Part shown: positions 12,943 through 26,946 of the stretch, in pieces | Numbering within the stretch: position 1 is the first letter of the stretch | How the letters are laid out: each line of letters begins with the position of its first letter | From: Octopus sinensis | Taxonomy: Eukaryota | Assembly: GCF_006345805.1 (NCBI RefSeq) | Contig: NW_021833033.1 | Location: forward strand, 22,291-86,290 | DNA length: 64,000 nucleotides | Reading direction: 5' to 3' | Made by a program: the position numbers and the translations under genes | Notes under the pieces: generated by a model | Told to the model about the DNA's origin: nothing | The model's input: only the letters and a program-made list of their open reading frames with translations | Database searches by the model: none

Positions 12943-13584
12943 ATTCTGTAAATAATAGTATCATTTTATAAGCTTAAAGTTTATAAGCGATCACTCCACA
13001 ATGACTAATGGGGCATATAAGCCCGCGACGGAAAAAAGTACGCGTGGGACTTTAACCTACAGTTTTTTCTTTACGCGACAAGAAGCTACCATTACAGGAG
13101 CACACAACCTGCCTCATTCTGTCAGATTTAAGAACTATAATTATTTCGTAGTGTTGTTTTTGTAAACAAACCTTCCTGTGCTTTTACTGCGATGATTTTG
13201 TTTTTCTTAAGCAGTGTGTCGAGGGCTTATATGCCCCATTATTAGACTATTTTCATTAGTCATTGTGCGTTGATTGATTATGAAATACTATTATTATTAT
13301 TTACAGAATTGTAAAAATCGGCGCTGCTTAACAAAAACCATCGCAGTAAAAGTACATGAAAGTTTGTTTACAAAACATCACGAACTAATTATAGTTCTTC
13401 AATCTGACGGAATGAAGGAGATTATGCACTAGTATAATGGTATCATTCTTATCGCGAAAACAAAGAAGTGTGGTTCGAATCCAACTTTTTTCCGTCAACA
13501 ACTTATATGCCACATTGCCAGACTATTTTCTTTGGTCATAGCACAATGATCGCTTGTAAGCTTTAAGCTTATAAAATACTATTA
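12943..13584. mobile_element. Palindromic MITE/foldback-like element
   Basis: AATAGTATCATTTTATAAGCTTAAAGTTTATAAGCGATC is the inverse of GATCGCTTGTAAGCTTTAAGCTTATAAAATACTATT; internal arms 13118-13215 and 13321-13415 are also inverted. Confidence 0.7.
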
Positions 13585-14081
13585 TATATATATATACATA
13601 CATATATACGTGTATGGCGCAAGAAGCGAGTACCTTTAATTTAATAACCTCGACATTAATGTCTGTCCAATTGAGGAATTATTAAATCCGTCAATTTACG
13701 GATGAAAGACAACATAAAAACCTCTATTGATTGCACTATTTCTCTCTCTCTCTCTCATTCATTCTCTTTCCCTCCCCCTCTCGCCCGCACGCATACTGGC
13801 ACTCACGCACACACATCAGATACATAAAAAACAATTATACTACAACAAGCATGTCTCTATATAAATGTCTTCCACAGACATACGTGACAGCAAAGTACAC
13901 ACTCACGCACGCACACGACGTTTCTTAAATGATGCTGGCGTTTTGCTAAGTATATTAATTCACCATAAGAACTAAATTTCACAACATCGACTGTTCTCCT
14001 AGTGTTAAGTGTCATCAAGTCAAACAAAATCCTTTAATGTACGCTCCCACTCACTTCCTACTGAATACGTTTTGGAGCAAA

Positions 14082-14482
14082 TCCCTATATATATAAAGAT
14101 GAAGTTGTCTGTGTATGGCAGGTTTGGTAGCCTTCAATTAACACTATTTCCTCCGAGACCCTGCGGCACAAGTTCACCAAAATTGAGATTATGATAGAAG
14201 AAGGCTTGCTCTTCATTCCGTAGAAGAAAAAAATCAAATCGGACCATGTTAAGACCAAATATTATTTACATCAAAAAGGTGGGGTTTTTTTCTATGAAAA
14301 ATCCCTATTTTTTACGATTTTTTGACTGCTGTATCGCCGTTTTTCGGTGTATTTCAACCAGAGAAATGTTCACTTAAAGAGAATAACAAGCTACATAATG
14401 CAAAATTTTTACTTTTCAAAAATTCCAATTCTAAAGGGGCGAAAAGAAAACAAGCCCGAGCAACGCTGGGCGATACTGCTAG
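14082..14482 (+). mobile_element. Non-autonomous Helitron-like element
   Basis: A|TC start, subterminal hairpin CCCGAGCAACGCTGGG, CTAG|T end. Confidence 0.8.
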
Positions 14483-15093
14483 TTCTCAATAAAAGCAAAA
14501 TATCACAGAATTATAAGCAGTCAACACTTTTTTTTTTTTTAAGAATAAATACAATTTGTCAGAGTGAGACATTGAGACTAAGAGAAAGAGATAGAAGGGG
14601 AAAACGTGTCGTACGAAGAGAAAATAAAGATAACTTTTTTTTTTTCAAGACATACGTCTATCCTCGTTTATCACTGATGTATACATCATTGATCTGGGAT
14701 AACACTGTTCACTCGATGTTAACTGTTTCGCTTGACAGAAATTGGTTAGCGATGACATTGTTTGGAATCAGTCAATGATGCTTCTTGGGGCGCAAAAGGG
14801 CACCAGCGTCCATTCACAATTCGAAGACAACTTGATGTCTCGGGATATAATCTACTTTTCTCGTGTTCTACCATTCATTTATCGCTGATTCATTTAATAC
14901 TGTGATTGTTTTTTTAAGAACTAATCACACGTGATAAGCGAGGATGGCTGTACAAGAAAAGTCATTTTATGGGTTTATAGTTGTATTATGTGTAATAATG
15001 TATGCCATTTCTTACTGAAAATGTTTAGGAACAAAATGACTGCGTTGTCTAGTAATCAACTGAATGTTGATCCGTCAGTAGGTCTATCCTCAA

Positions 15094-15484
15094 TCTCAAT
15101 ATATATAAAGCTGAAGTTGTCTGTGTATGGCAGGTTTGGTAGCTTTCAACTAACACTATCTCCTCCGAGACCCTGCGGCGCAAGTTGACCAAAATTGAGA
15201 ATATGATAGAAGAAGGCTTGCTCTTCATTCCGTAGAAGAAAAAATTCAAATCGGACCATGTTAAGACCAAAAATTATTTACATTAAAAACGTGCTTTTGT
15301 TCTATGAAAATCTCTATTTTTTACGATTTTTTGACTGCTGTGTCGCCATTTTTCGGTGTATTTCATCCAGAAAAATGTTCACTTAAAGAGAATAAGCTAC
15401 ATAATGCAATTTTTTTTTACTTTTCAAAATTTCCAATTCTAAAGGGTCGAAACAAACCCGAGCAACGCCGGATGATACTGCTAG
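15094..15484 (+). mobile_element. Non-autonomous Helitron-like element, same family as 14082-14482
   Basis: A|TC start, CCCGAGCAACGCCGGA hairpin, CTAG|T end; body closely similar to 14082-14482. Confidence 0.8.
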
Positions 15485-15513
15485 TACTTAATAATATTAT
15501 TCTTCAGATTAAG

Positions 15514-15738
15514 CTGCCGAACTGGTAGAGTCGTTTGCGCGCCGAGCAAAATGCTTAACTGCATTTCTTCTGTCATTGCATTCTGAGTCCAAATTCCACC
15601 GAGGTCGATTTTGCGTTTCATCCTTTCGGAGGGGGGGGGGTCGATAAAATGATTACCAGTTGTACACTAGGGGGTAGATGTATTCGACTTCCTACTTCCC
15701 TAAAATTACTGGCTTTGTGCCAAAATTTGAAGCCAATA
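15514..15738 (+). mobile_element. Diverged SINE family A copy
   Basis: GAGGTCGATTTTGCGTTTCATCCTTTCGG core. Confidence 0.75.
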
Positions 15739-15799
15739 ATGTTCTTCACTTTGACAGAGATGAGGGAGAGACCAGAATCGCTATCTAATAAATTGAATG

Positions 15800-16130
15800 G
15801 TGCTCACCTGTAGACAATCGTGCTCTCAATCATGAAGTAGTGAGTTCGATTCCCAGGCTCGACAGTGTGTTGTGGTCTTAAGCAAGATATTTTATTTCAC
15901 GTTGCTTCAGTACTCATCTGTAGAAATGAGTTGCGACGTCACTGGTGCCAAGTTGTATCAGCCTTTGACTTTCCCTTGGATAATATTAGTGGCATGGATG
16001 GGGGAGGCTGGTATGCATGGGCGACTGCTAGTCTTCCATAAAAACAACCTTTCCCAGACTTGTGTCTCAGAGGGTAACTTTCTGGATGCAACCTCATGGT
16101 CATTCATCAACGAAGTGGATCTTTACCATT
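15800..16130 (+). mobile_element. Diverged tRNA-derived SINE
   Basis: B box GAGTTCGATTCCC followed by GTCTTAAGCAAGAT..TTTCACGTTGCT, as in the copy at 63568. Confidence 0.55.
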
Positions 16131-16369
16131 CTAATTGAAACATTAGCTGGTCTTAATCGCATAATTTTACCTGCAAGAATTAAAATATGGGATGGCCTAA
16201 CATAGGTTTTCTTAAATATATTGGCAAGAATTTATTATCTCTCATAGTGATTAGTGGGAACACACCTTTATCGTAGTAAAATAAAATGGAATCGTTTACA
16301 GTGGAAACTTTTGGAATTCATTTTCTAACTTTTTTGTTTTTCTTTTTTGATTAAGCCCTTCGTTCCCTA

Positions 16370-16586
<217 letters not shown>

Positions 16587-17420
16587 TGTTGAGATTTCTC
16601 GGAGAACATTTGTTCTGCGCATAAAAGTTTGTTCCCCAAATGCTAGCATGCAAGAAAGCAAGCAAGCAAACAGACATCCGCACGTTACTAGAGCTTTGCA
16701 TTATTCGCCTAAGGACAGAGCACGAACAGATGAGACCCAATTGATTAAAACTCGTCTCTGTTCTGAGATTTCTTTTCGTTTCCTATACACACAATATCAT
16801 TCATCAGAGTTTACTGCATTCTATTTTCTACTTATTTTTACTATTCTCGCTCTACACATGAGTATGTGTGCGTGTCCGTTTGTGTGTTGGAATTGTTTCA
16901 TGGCGCATGCGTGCACCCACACACACACAAAATTACACACACAGACACGTATATATAATATGTGATTGAGTGAGTGAGTGAGTGAGTGAGTGTGTATCTA
17001 CGACTTTGTAAAAATTCTAGTCCTGTGTGAGTTGCTTGGCACGTATTTGTGCACAATAGCCTCATCAGACGATCGGATCCGAAGGCGAAGCCTAAGGGGA
17101 GATAATCAATGCTTCACTGCATTTCTCAGAGAACAAGTGACAGCAGTTATTCCTACAATCGACTTTTGAGTGTTTTTATTCGCTTCTCTTTCTCTTCCTC
17201 TCTCACTTTCTAATTCTTTCTCTCCTTCTCTTTCTCCCTTTTTCTCCATTTATCTCTTTCCTCTCTAACTTCTAGTAACTCTCTCCCCCTCACTTTTTCC
17301 CTCCCAATCTCTTTTCTTTAATTTTACTCTGTATATACAAATATATATGTGTGTGTATGTATTTCTGTATATATATACTCACATATATATATATATATAT
17401 ATATATACTACATATATATA

Positions 17421-17487
<67 letters not shown>

Positions 17488-18241
17488 TATATTTACATAT
17501 AAGACTTTACGTACAAACATACATGAATTCATACAAATATGATATAGACATATACATACACATATGTACATATATATATATAGACACATGGTATATATAC
17601 ATATACATATAAATATACATATCTTTTACACATATATATATATATATAAATTCATACACAAATGCTTATGCACAAAAACGTAGGTGTGGTTTCCCTTTAC
17701 TTTCTCTATCAACTCACAAGGTGACATGCATCAACGTTGGTTCATCTGCCACTAATCAGATGGTGGAGTCTTGTTATCGTGACTTCTGCGGTATTTCTAT
17801 GTCATCTCTGTACCTTGTAATCTTCACTGCCATAATATTCCATTTACACATTCATACATATATGCATGCATGCCTACATACATATATGCATACATGTAAG
17901 TATTTATGGATGCGTTTATGTTTATATATGTGTGAGTGTATGTATGTATATATATATATATATATATATTACACAGAGAGAGAAATTCAGCCGAGTATAT
18001 CCATATATAGCCATATATAGAATGTGAGGGGGGTGAGTGAAATCAGTGGGAACAGGAATAAAGTACGTTTGTGTATGTAGCTTCTTATATGTGTATATAT
18101 ATATATATGTGTGTGTGTGTGTATGTGTGTGTGTATATGTTTGTGTGTGTGTGTGTACGCACACACATACATACAACTATATGTATGAATGTATGTATGT
18201 ATATGTTCGTGTATTTATACATATGTATATATGTATGTGTA

Positions 18242-18283
<42 letters not shown>

Positions 18284-18328
18284 TATATATATATATATAT
18301 ACATATATGAGTAACAAAGAGGTACAAG

Positions 18329-18360
<32 letters not shown>

Positions 18361-18896
18361 CGCATATGTGTGTTTATCCCTCTGCGTGTGTGTTTATGAA
18401 TAACTGTGTTTTTGTGAAGTGCTCGAAGTGCTCTTGGCAACCAAATTGTTCCTGGCTCAGTCTCACTGCGCGCCAAATTTGGTACTTGTCTTCTGCTATT
18501 ACCTTGGGCGGATCGATGCCTTCTGAATTAATTTGAGAAACAAAAGCTACGTGAAAGCCTAATGTATACATATCCGCGTGTGTGTATGTGTGTGTGTATG
18601 TGTGTGTATGTGTGTAAATGTGTGTGTGTTCATCTGCTACATATTCCATCATTCTTGTTTGGGAACGGTAAAATCCAAAGTAGATAACGCTATAGATAAT
18701 GCTGTTCAAATAACGGGTAAGAAACCACTTCGGATAGGAAATATCAAAGGCTGCCGATGAGATCCGAATCCACATGTCTAAATCATGATACATAATTGGT
18801 ACAAAACAATCCATCGAATTTACGTTGTCCTGTTTAGAAACTTTATCCCCACCAATGAGAACGTTATATCTGTGTGTATGTGTATCGTGTATTGTA

Positions 18897-18984
<88 letters not shown>

Positions 18985-18992
18985 GTATATAT

Positions 18993-19045
<53 letters not shown>

Positions 19046-19106
19046 TTATACATATATATATATATATGTCTGTATCAATGTATGTATGTGTATGTATGTA
19101 TGTAAG

Positions 19107-19140
<34 letters not shown>

Positions 19141-20119
19141 TGTATGTATGTATGTATGTATGTAGGTATGTATGTATGTATGTATATATATATATGTAAT
19201 AGCCGCTGCTGTGTATTAGTAACTAGAGAAAATGGTGCCTTGCATAAAGTCAGGTATATAATTTTTACTTGTCGATCTTCAGTGATTCAACGGCTAGAAG
19301 TTCCATGCTAAGCAATTCGTCAATGTTTAACAAATGTATTAACACAAGATTCTATGCTTTTACAACACGGGAACTTTTCGACTAATAAGTATATTTGTAT
19401 GTGAGTTTGTGACTCAGAATATATACATATAAATATATATTTAGATATATATAGATGTTGTGTGGTTGGGCCCTGGGCAAATAAGCCCGGAAGCCTATGA
19501 AGCCTGCTTGGTAAGGATGGTGTTTTTTCTGGGTTTATTTTTTTTTTGCTGGACACCCTGGAGGATGAATAATGAGCCTTATCAAAAGGCCAGTGGACAC
19601 ACTACAGTCATCGGCTATCCAACAGCTGGGAGTGAGAGGCACCAAGTCTTTGTTTGGACATCTATCTAAGTAGCGGAAATTCCGAAATAATACCCGCCTC
19701 ATTGTGAAACCGGAAATCTTACTCTTGCTTGTTACTCGACTACTTCACTTTTTCGGAGTTTTTAGGGTGTTGTACAAGCTGTTATCGATTATAAATTTCA
19801 GCGCGGGCATTGCTTGCAGCCATTGTCTTTAACATCTAGAATAAGATAACTTGTCAGTGATGTTCATAGTCGTCTTCGAGTTGACAACTATCACGTAGGC
19901 AGAGAGGTCCAAACATGTGTAAGATGAATAGAATTTTTAAAATTTGCGAGTGGATTTGGATTATGAACTCTATTACAATTTTAAAATGTGATAGGTGCGT
20001 TTTTAAATGTAGTTGCTATCTCAAATTCCTACAAAACATCAACAACAGCAAAAGACGTGATCTCCTTTTAAGGCATACCTCTTATTTCATTAAGTGTATA
20101 TTTATTTTATTCGTTACAA

Positions 20120-20295
20120 GCAATATAACCCGGCTTTGGCCGGGATTAAGTTAGGATTATTAGGTAATCAAGTTCTTTCTTTCAAACCAAACTAAGTAAC
20201 ATCGACGTCAAATTTGGGCGAAATCTGTTGAAATTGTTATATATATATATATGGGCAACACACACACGTACGTACGTACACCTGTTTATATATGT
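20120..20295 (-). mobile_element. Helitron-like 3' fragment (family 2)
   Basis: Hairpin CCCGGCTTTGGCCGGG; similar to 29429-29665; terminal CTAG is degenerate. Confidence 0.5.
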
Positions 20296-20723
20296 TTTAT
20301 GTACTCTTGTATGTTCGTGTGTGTGTGTGTGTGTTGCCCATCTATCAACAAGACACTTTTTCCTCGATGGAAGAAAAACAACAAAAGTCTTAACAAAAAC
20401 TTACTCGTTGCTAGAAGGGGACTTAACTCCTATTTGCAAACAATGGTGATTTCTCAGAATTGAAAATTGTTAAAAGTTTTCGTTGAAAATTTATTTTTAC
20501 TGCTATTCGCTGATGCCTCTGGTAAAAATAAGTTGACAAAAACGCAGCTATGATCATGACGAATTTCCTCCTAAAATTTGAGCGACATGCATGCTTATTT
20601 GTGGACGTGCATAAATTACATTCACGTACACACACACACACACACACATCCTGCCTTTTATATATTATACAGATTTGTTACACTAGTGCATAAGGCAAAC
20701 ATATATCCATGTCATACACACAC

Positions 20724-20782
<59 letters not shown>

Positions 20783-21689
20783 GATGTAGATGTATATTTA
20801 TATATTTATTTGTATATATATACACACACATATGCATATTTGTGTGTGTGTTTGCGTGTGCGTAGGTGTTTTAGCATACAAGTCTATGCACTGGCCGTGT
20901 GAGTGTATTTCTATATACTGTGTATGCACTGAGCGTATGTGTGCGTGCGTATGCATGCGTAAGCTTACGTATGCGTGCGTATGCATATGTGTGCGTTACT
21001 GTTTTCTATCTCGCTCACGCCTGACTCCAAACAACCGAGGAATAATTATTGAACCCAATAGATAAGAGATCACGACTAAGGAAATGACACGAAATAGGAG
21101 CTATGCACCGCATATACCATAGTAGTTTAACCGTCATAATCACCACAAAGAAAAACACTACTACACGGAAAAACTATCAGCATTACCATTGTCATTAATA
21201 GCAACAACCGCCACTATTGTTAACTGAAAATCCGTCGCCTACGACGACGTGTGTTCCATTTCATCCGATCAACGGAACAGCTTGCTCGTGAAAATGACGT
21301 GCAAGTGGTTGAGTACTTCACAGACACGAGTACCCTTAGCGATTACTGTAATATGTGCTGCAGCTGTGCTTTCTGCCCTGTAACATCAAGCTCAGTGAGC
21401 AGCTCAATGAGGATTCTGTGTTTTTTCTTCGCAGGTCCTTAGAACTTGGATGTTTATTTTTAATTACTCCATTACTCATTGCCTACCTCCACGTCGCTAC
21501 AAATATGATAGTCAGTCAAGCACCAAGATCTGTGGTCATATATTACAGGACAAGCTTCTGGAATAATGTCACATATTACCAAACTTCATCTCAAGTCTTC
21601 ATGGCTAGGACGCACACCTTATACCCAACCAAAATCGACACCGGGCATGTCTTTCCTCGCATGTTCTTGGCCTAAATAAATAAATACGT

Positions 21690-21901
21690 ATATAAAGTTA
21701 ATCCAAACAAGAAAGCACAAAAATACACAACAACGCGAGGACGTGCAACAAATATAGTATTATTGGACGCTCAGGAAAGAAGGAAAGAAGGAGGGTTTAG
21801 CGTTTCGAGCGGAGCTCTTCGTCAGAAACATAGGAGGAGGAAAAATCCAGAGAAGGGAAGACAGAGGGGAAAAATCGCCAACGGTACACACGCGGTCACA
21901 T
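21690..21901 (-). mobile_element. Penelope-like pLTR with a minimal hammerhead-like motif
   Basis: Minus strand GTTTCTGACGAAGAGCTCCGCTCGAAACGCTAAAC; homologous to 9820-10090; followed by (TA)n. Confidence 0.55.
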
Positions 21902-21911
21902 TTTAAATACG

Positions 21912-21991
<80 letters not shown>

Positions 21992-22049
21992 TCATACATA
22001 CATACATACATACATATATATATATACATACATACATACATACATACAC

Positions 22050-22110
<61 letters not shown>

Positions 22111-22213
22111 AACATAAATTTATAAATAAGGATAATATCGATATTTAAATATCGGTATTAGCAAGTGGTCAGCATGGGAATAAATACCATACAAAGGTAA
22201 TACATTTTTTACA

Positions 22214-22518
22214 ACTAAATATAAGGGTTTCTGAGAGACACCACCATGCCGAAATACCAGTCAAAACCCTGACTCTAAAAACCACCTTAAATATTCATAT
22301 CGCACCATGAGATAAGACAGAGAGACAAGATGAACTAGCAAAAAAATATTACTGAATAATTCAAGATCCTGGATTTCTAGCTTTGCTTCAAATAAGCTCT
22401 GCCTTCATCAGTTGAATATATCAGATGGGCACATAAATACAGATATAAGGTTCTTAGAGTCAGGAATTTGACAGCTATTTCGGCTTGGTGGTGTCTCTCA
22501 GACACCCTTATTTTTAGT
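22214..22518. mobile_element. MITE-like element with ~75-bp terminal inverted repeats
   Basis: ACTAAATATAAGGGTTTCTGAGAGACACCACCATGCCGAAATA.. is the inverse of ..TATTTCGGCTTGGTGGTGTCTCTCAGACACCCTTATTTTTAGT. Confidence 0.7.
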
Positions 22519-22528
22519 ATATATACAA

Positions 22529-22629
<101 letters not shown>

Positions 22630-22672
22630 TATATACATACATATATATATACATACATATATATATACATAC

Positions 22673-22703
<31 letters not shown>

Positions 22704-23377
22704 CATACATATAGATAGATAGATAGATAGAGATATAGATATACGTGCGCGCGGAAGTCTGTGTATACGCAGACAAGGCACAGATACACAAGCACTTCTG
22801 CGTGTAACATCACGTTTGAAGAATACGAAGAGAAGAAAGAGATTGTCATTTCTATGCAAGACACGAACTTTTGCTGGAAATTTACACCAACTCTTCCAAC
22901 TCCCCATTGGTTTATACACATACACACGCACACATACACACACACACACAAACACAAACACACATACACACACACTCACATGCACTCACTTCGCAAACAC
23001 ATCGCGTGTGCTCACGACTTCTTTCAGATTTGCGTGTATATATATATATATATGTAAAGAGATTGTACGTAGTTGTATATACGTACTTACATACGTGTAT
23101 ATGTGTGTATGTGCGTGAGTACGCTTGCGTGTAGTGTATGTGTGTGTGAATGTGTACGTGTGTATATACGTGCACATGCGACTGTATACATACATATATA
23201 TATTTATATGTATATATATTTGTATGTATATATATATATATATGTAAATATACATGTATTTATGTATTTATATATGTATGTGTATGTATGTGTATATTTG
23301 TATATATGTGTGTTTGCGTGTATTTGAGTGTTTGTTTTGTATGTATGTGCGTATGTATGTATATGCAGGTATGTCAG

Positions 23378-23738
23378 TGGAGACGCAATGGCCCAGTGGT
23401 TAGGGCAGCGGACTCACGGTCATAGGATCGCGGTTTCGATTCCCAGACCGGGCGTTGTGAGTGTTTATTGAGCGAAAACACCTAAAGCTCCACGAGGCTC
23501 CGGCAGGGGATGGTGGTGATCCCTGCTGTACCCTTTCACCACAACTTTCTCTCACTCTTACTTCCTGTTTCTGTTGTACCTGTATTTCAAAGGGCCGGCC
23601 TTGTCACTCTCTGTGTCACGCTGAATATCCCCGAGAACTACGTTAAGGGTACACGTGTCTGTGGAGTGCTCAGCCACTTACACGTTAATTTCACGAGCAG
23701 GCTGTTCCGTTGATTCGGATCAACTGGAACCCTCGTCG
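23378..23738 (+). mobile_element. tRNA-derived SINE family C, full length
   Basis: A box TGGCCCAGTGG, B box GGTTTCGATTCC, core GAGCGAAAACACCTAAAGCTCCACG; its 3' part recurs inverted at ~21230-21340. Confidence 0.85.
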
Positions 23739-23847
23739 TATATATAAGTGTGTGTGTGTATGTGTGTCCATTTCGAGTCATAACAATCCGATCATAAGTA
23801 TACTGAGTGAGAGAAGCAATCATGGTCATAATGTGGACATGACTGTG

Positions 23848-24550
23848 TGGTCATAAAACTTTGTTATCAGCCACACGATATCGGGTTCAATCTAAATGTG
23901 CGGCGCTTTACACAGTTTTCCTGGGCCGACAAATGCTTCGGAGGAAATTTAGTAGACGGAAACCGTGTGGAATCCCGCTGTGTGTACCTTTTTTTTTACT
24001 TATTTACTTATTTCAGTCACTGAACTGCGGCCATGCTGGGGCACTGGCTTCTAGTGTTTACTTGAACAGATCGACTCCAGCATTTAGATTTGTTAAATCT
24101 TTTGCCGAACCGCTAAGTTACAGCAAACTAACACCATTTGTCAAGCGGTGATTGGGTCAAACACAAAGTTTCATTCAGATATTATGCAAACGTATGACGG
24201 TCATATTTCTGTTTCCGTCTACCAAATCAAATTACAAGGCTTTTTTCGGCTCGGTTTATGGTAAAAACATTTGCTCAAAGTGCCATGCATCGAGACCGAA
24301 CACAAAACCATGCGGTTTGGAAGTAAATTTCTTACTTCACAGACACGCCTGTGTGTATATGTTTCTCAGCCCCGCCTCACTACTTGGAAACCGGTGTTAG
24401 TTCGTTTATGTTCCCATAACTTAGCGGTTTGACAATCGAATAAGAGATTTACGAAAAGATAGATAAAGGCATAAATACTGGGGTTCAGTTTTTTCGATTG
24501 AAGTTTCCAAAGCGGTGCCCCAGCATGGCCGCTATGCAAAGACTGAATCA
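23848..24550. mobile_element. Cluster of three diverged SINE family B copies (+, -, +)
   Basis: TAGACGGAAAC, GCCGAACCGCTAAG and CAGCATGGCCGC motifs in alternating orientation. Confidence 0.65.
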
Positions 24551-24712
24551 AGTGAGAAAATACATTCTTAATAGTTTTTAAGGCAAAGTTCTGGTCTTTT
24601 TCGCCTTTCAGGTCCAGCAAGTTTTTCACTTCAAAGCTAGATTTAGGATTGTTCTTCATCGTCCTCCCCTACTCTAACAAACCTCCACATACATACATAT
24701 ATATAGATATAC

Positions 24713-24759
<47 letters not shown>

Positions 24760-24894
24760 TTATAGAGCAATAAGAAAATGGAGGGGATCAATAGGTGGTT
24801 CATCAACTTTTAGACATATTATGTCAACTTATTTATTTATTTACTAAAATGACAATTACAAAAATATACTTACATACATACATATTATATATAT

Positions 24895-24941
<47 letters not shown>

Positions 24942-24957
24942 GTACATATAATGTATG

Positions 24958-25002
<45 letters not shown>

Positions 25003-26410
25003 ATATATATATATATAATATATATATATATAAACGACTGGCTTCCATACACTTTATGCTACCAACTTCATTCACAAAGCATTGTTGGTCGTGGAGCTAT
25101 AGTAGACAATAGGTTCCCAAACTGTGACGTAGCGAGATTGAACTCTGTAGTCACGTGGCTGCAAAGGGGGATTCTTAACCTCACATCATGGAAATTATGG
25201 GCTTTGAAGCTATGTACTTTTCAAGCAAGATATCGCCGTAATTGGCCAGTAGCTATTTCATAATAGTTTTCAAATTATAGAACTTGTCTGCTTGTGTGTG
25301 TTTGTGACAAATAGAAGCCATCTTTATCAAATTATTTGTCATATATTCTAAATGTTGCGTATGCATCTGCAGCAACTTGTATGTGATATGGTGTAAATTC
25401 TATCAATATTTTTGTTGTCTAGTCGTGCTGACTCATTTAATTACAAGTTCAGAATATATTAACAGTAGCTTATATCGGGAACAGTTAGGATGTTGACACC
25501 TATTACTAGATATTAATCAGTAACACCACAAAGAAACAGAAATACCAGCAACCGATATTACGATCACTGACCTACCGCAACTATCATTATTATCATCGAT
25601 TATATATGTATCACGACCGCAAATATATAAAAAAAATTATATCATTAATACACTAGGAGTTCGCTGAGGAAAAATGTATTTGCTACTTATTTACAGAAGA
25701 GCCACTGTTTATGAATGCCTCTCATCACGAATAAATTAATTTATGAAAAATGTTTCGAACATAAAACATCTCGGATGACGAACAGCGTCTCATGTAATGA
25801 ACATGCAAGCCGGCAACAACGGTTGACAACAAGCTGCGAGTATCGGCAAGAGAGGACCAGTTGCTGTCTAGCTTTCGCTCAGTGCACATCCCTGCTTGAA
25901 TTCACCGTGCCTCGTCTTGAATTTCCAATATAAAAAATAGTTTCAGTTTACGAACATTTTAGGTGAGGAATGGCCTTCAGGAACGAATTAAATTCGTAAA
26001 CCGAAGTCCTACTGTATTTACTTACTTATTCACTTACTTAAGCCCTTTACTCCTTATGAAGTAACGGCGAGGACAGCAAAATGTTTTCAATGAAAAAATA
26101 TTGCAATACAAATGTATTACATTCCAGTAAAATAAAGCCCCAAAATATATGTTCTCGTTCTGTTCACGGCTCAGCGTTCAGGCGAGTATAGTGGCATTGA
26201 TGTAGCAACATTTGAAATATTGTCTAGGTAAATGCAGCTGATGAAGACTGATCAAATTTACGTTGACAAACGTATATGAAAAGTCAGAAACCGGTCCTGC
26301 ATTATCCAATTCTAGGTTTCCCATCTATCGAATGTTCTTCCTAGAGGTAAGAGAACTTTTTAATGTTTTTTGCACACACACGTCTTTGCCAGTATATACG
26401 CAGTGAAGCG

Positions 26411-26487
<77 letters not shown>

Positions 26488-26903
26488 ATTATTATTTGAG
26501 AGAATAAAATCCAAACTTACAAGGAAAAAATTCAATTTAGAAATGCTAAATCAAATTTCACACAATATGATATATATATAAAAAATTAGAAAAAAAAACA
26601 CCTTTTATCAATTCAAAATGAACAAGTATATTGCACCATCTAGAAAATTACATATAATAGAAATATTAAAATTAAAATAACAATAAAATGTCAATGATTA
26701 CGTAAATTGCAAAAAAATAATTAAAACGTATATAATTCCAGTAAAATAAAGCCCCAAAATATATTTTCTCGTTCTGTTAACAAATTTACTTAATCATTGA
26801 TATTTTATTGTTATTTTAATTTTAATATTTCTATTATATGTAATTTTCTAGATGGTGTAATTTACCTGTTCATTTTGAATCGATAAAAGGTAGGGTTTTT
26901 TTC

Positions 26904-26946
<43 letters not shown>

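Noticed and set aside
17030-17075. Further hammerhead candidates (CTGATGA/CTGACGA at ~17065 minus, ~22410 minus, 34233 plus, and within the 531-bp unit)
   Set aside because: No correctly placed GAAA and no stem I pairing.
18620-18880. Possible RTE-like RT remnant ([13 protein letters not shown], minus strand)
   Set aside because: The similarity is too short to support without a database search; the rest of the 146-aa ORF is microsatellite and SINE.
23385-23460. tRNA gene
   Set aside because: The A/B boxes continue into a SINE body found in several copies; this is a SINE head, as are the other tRNA-like sequences (38368, 56205, 61620, 63570).
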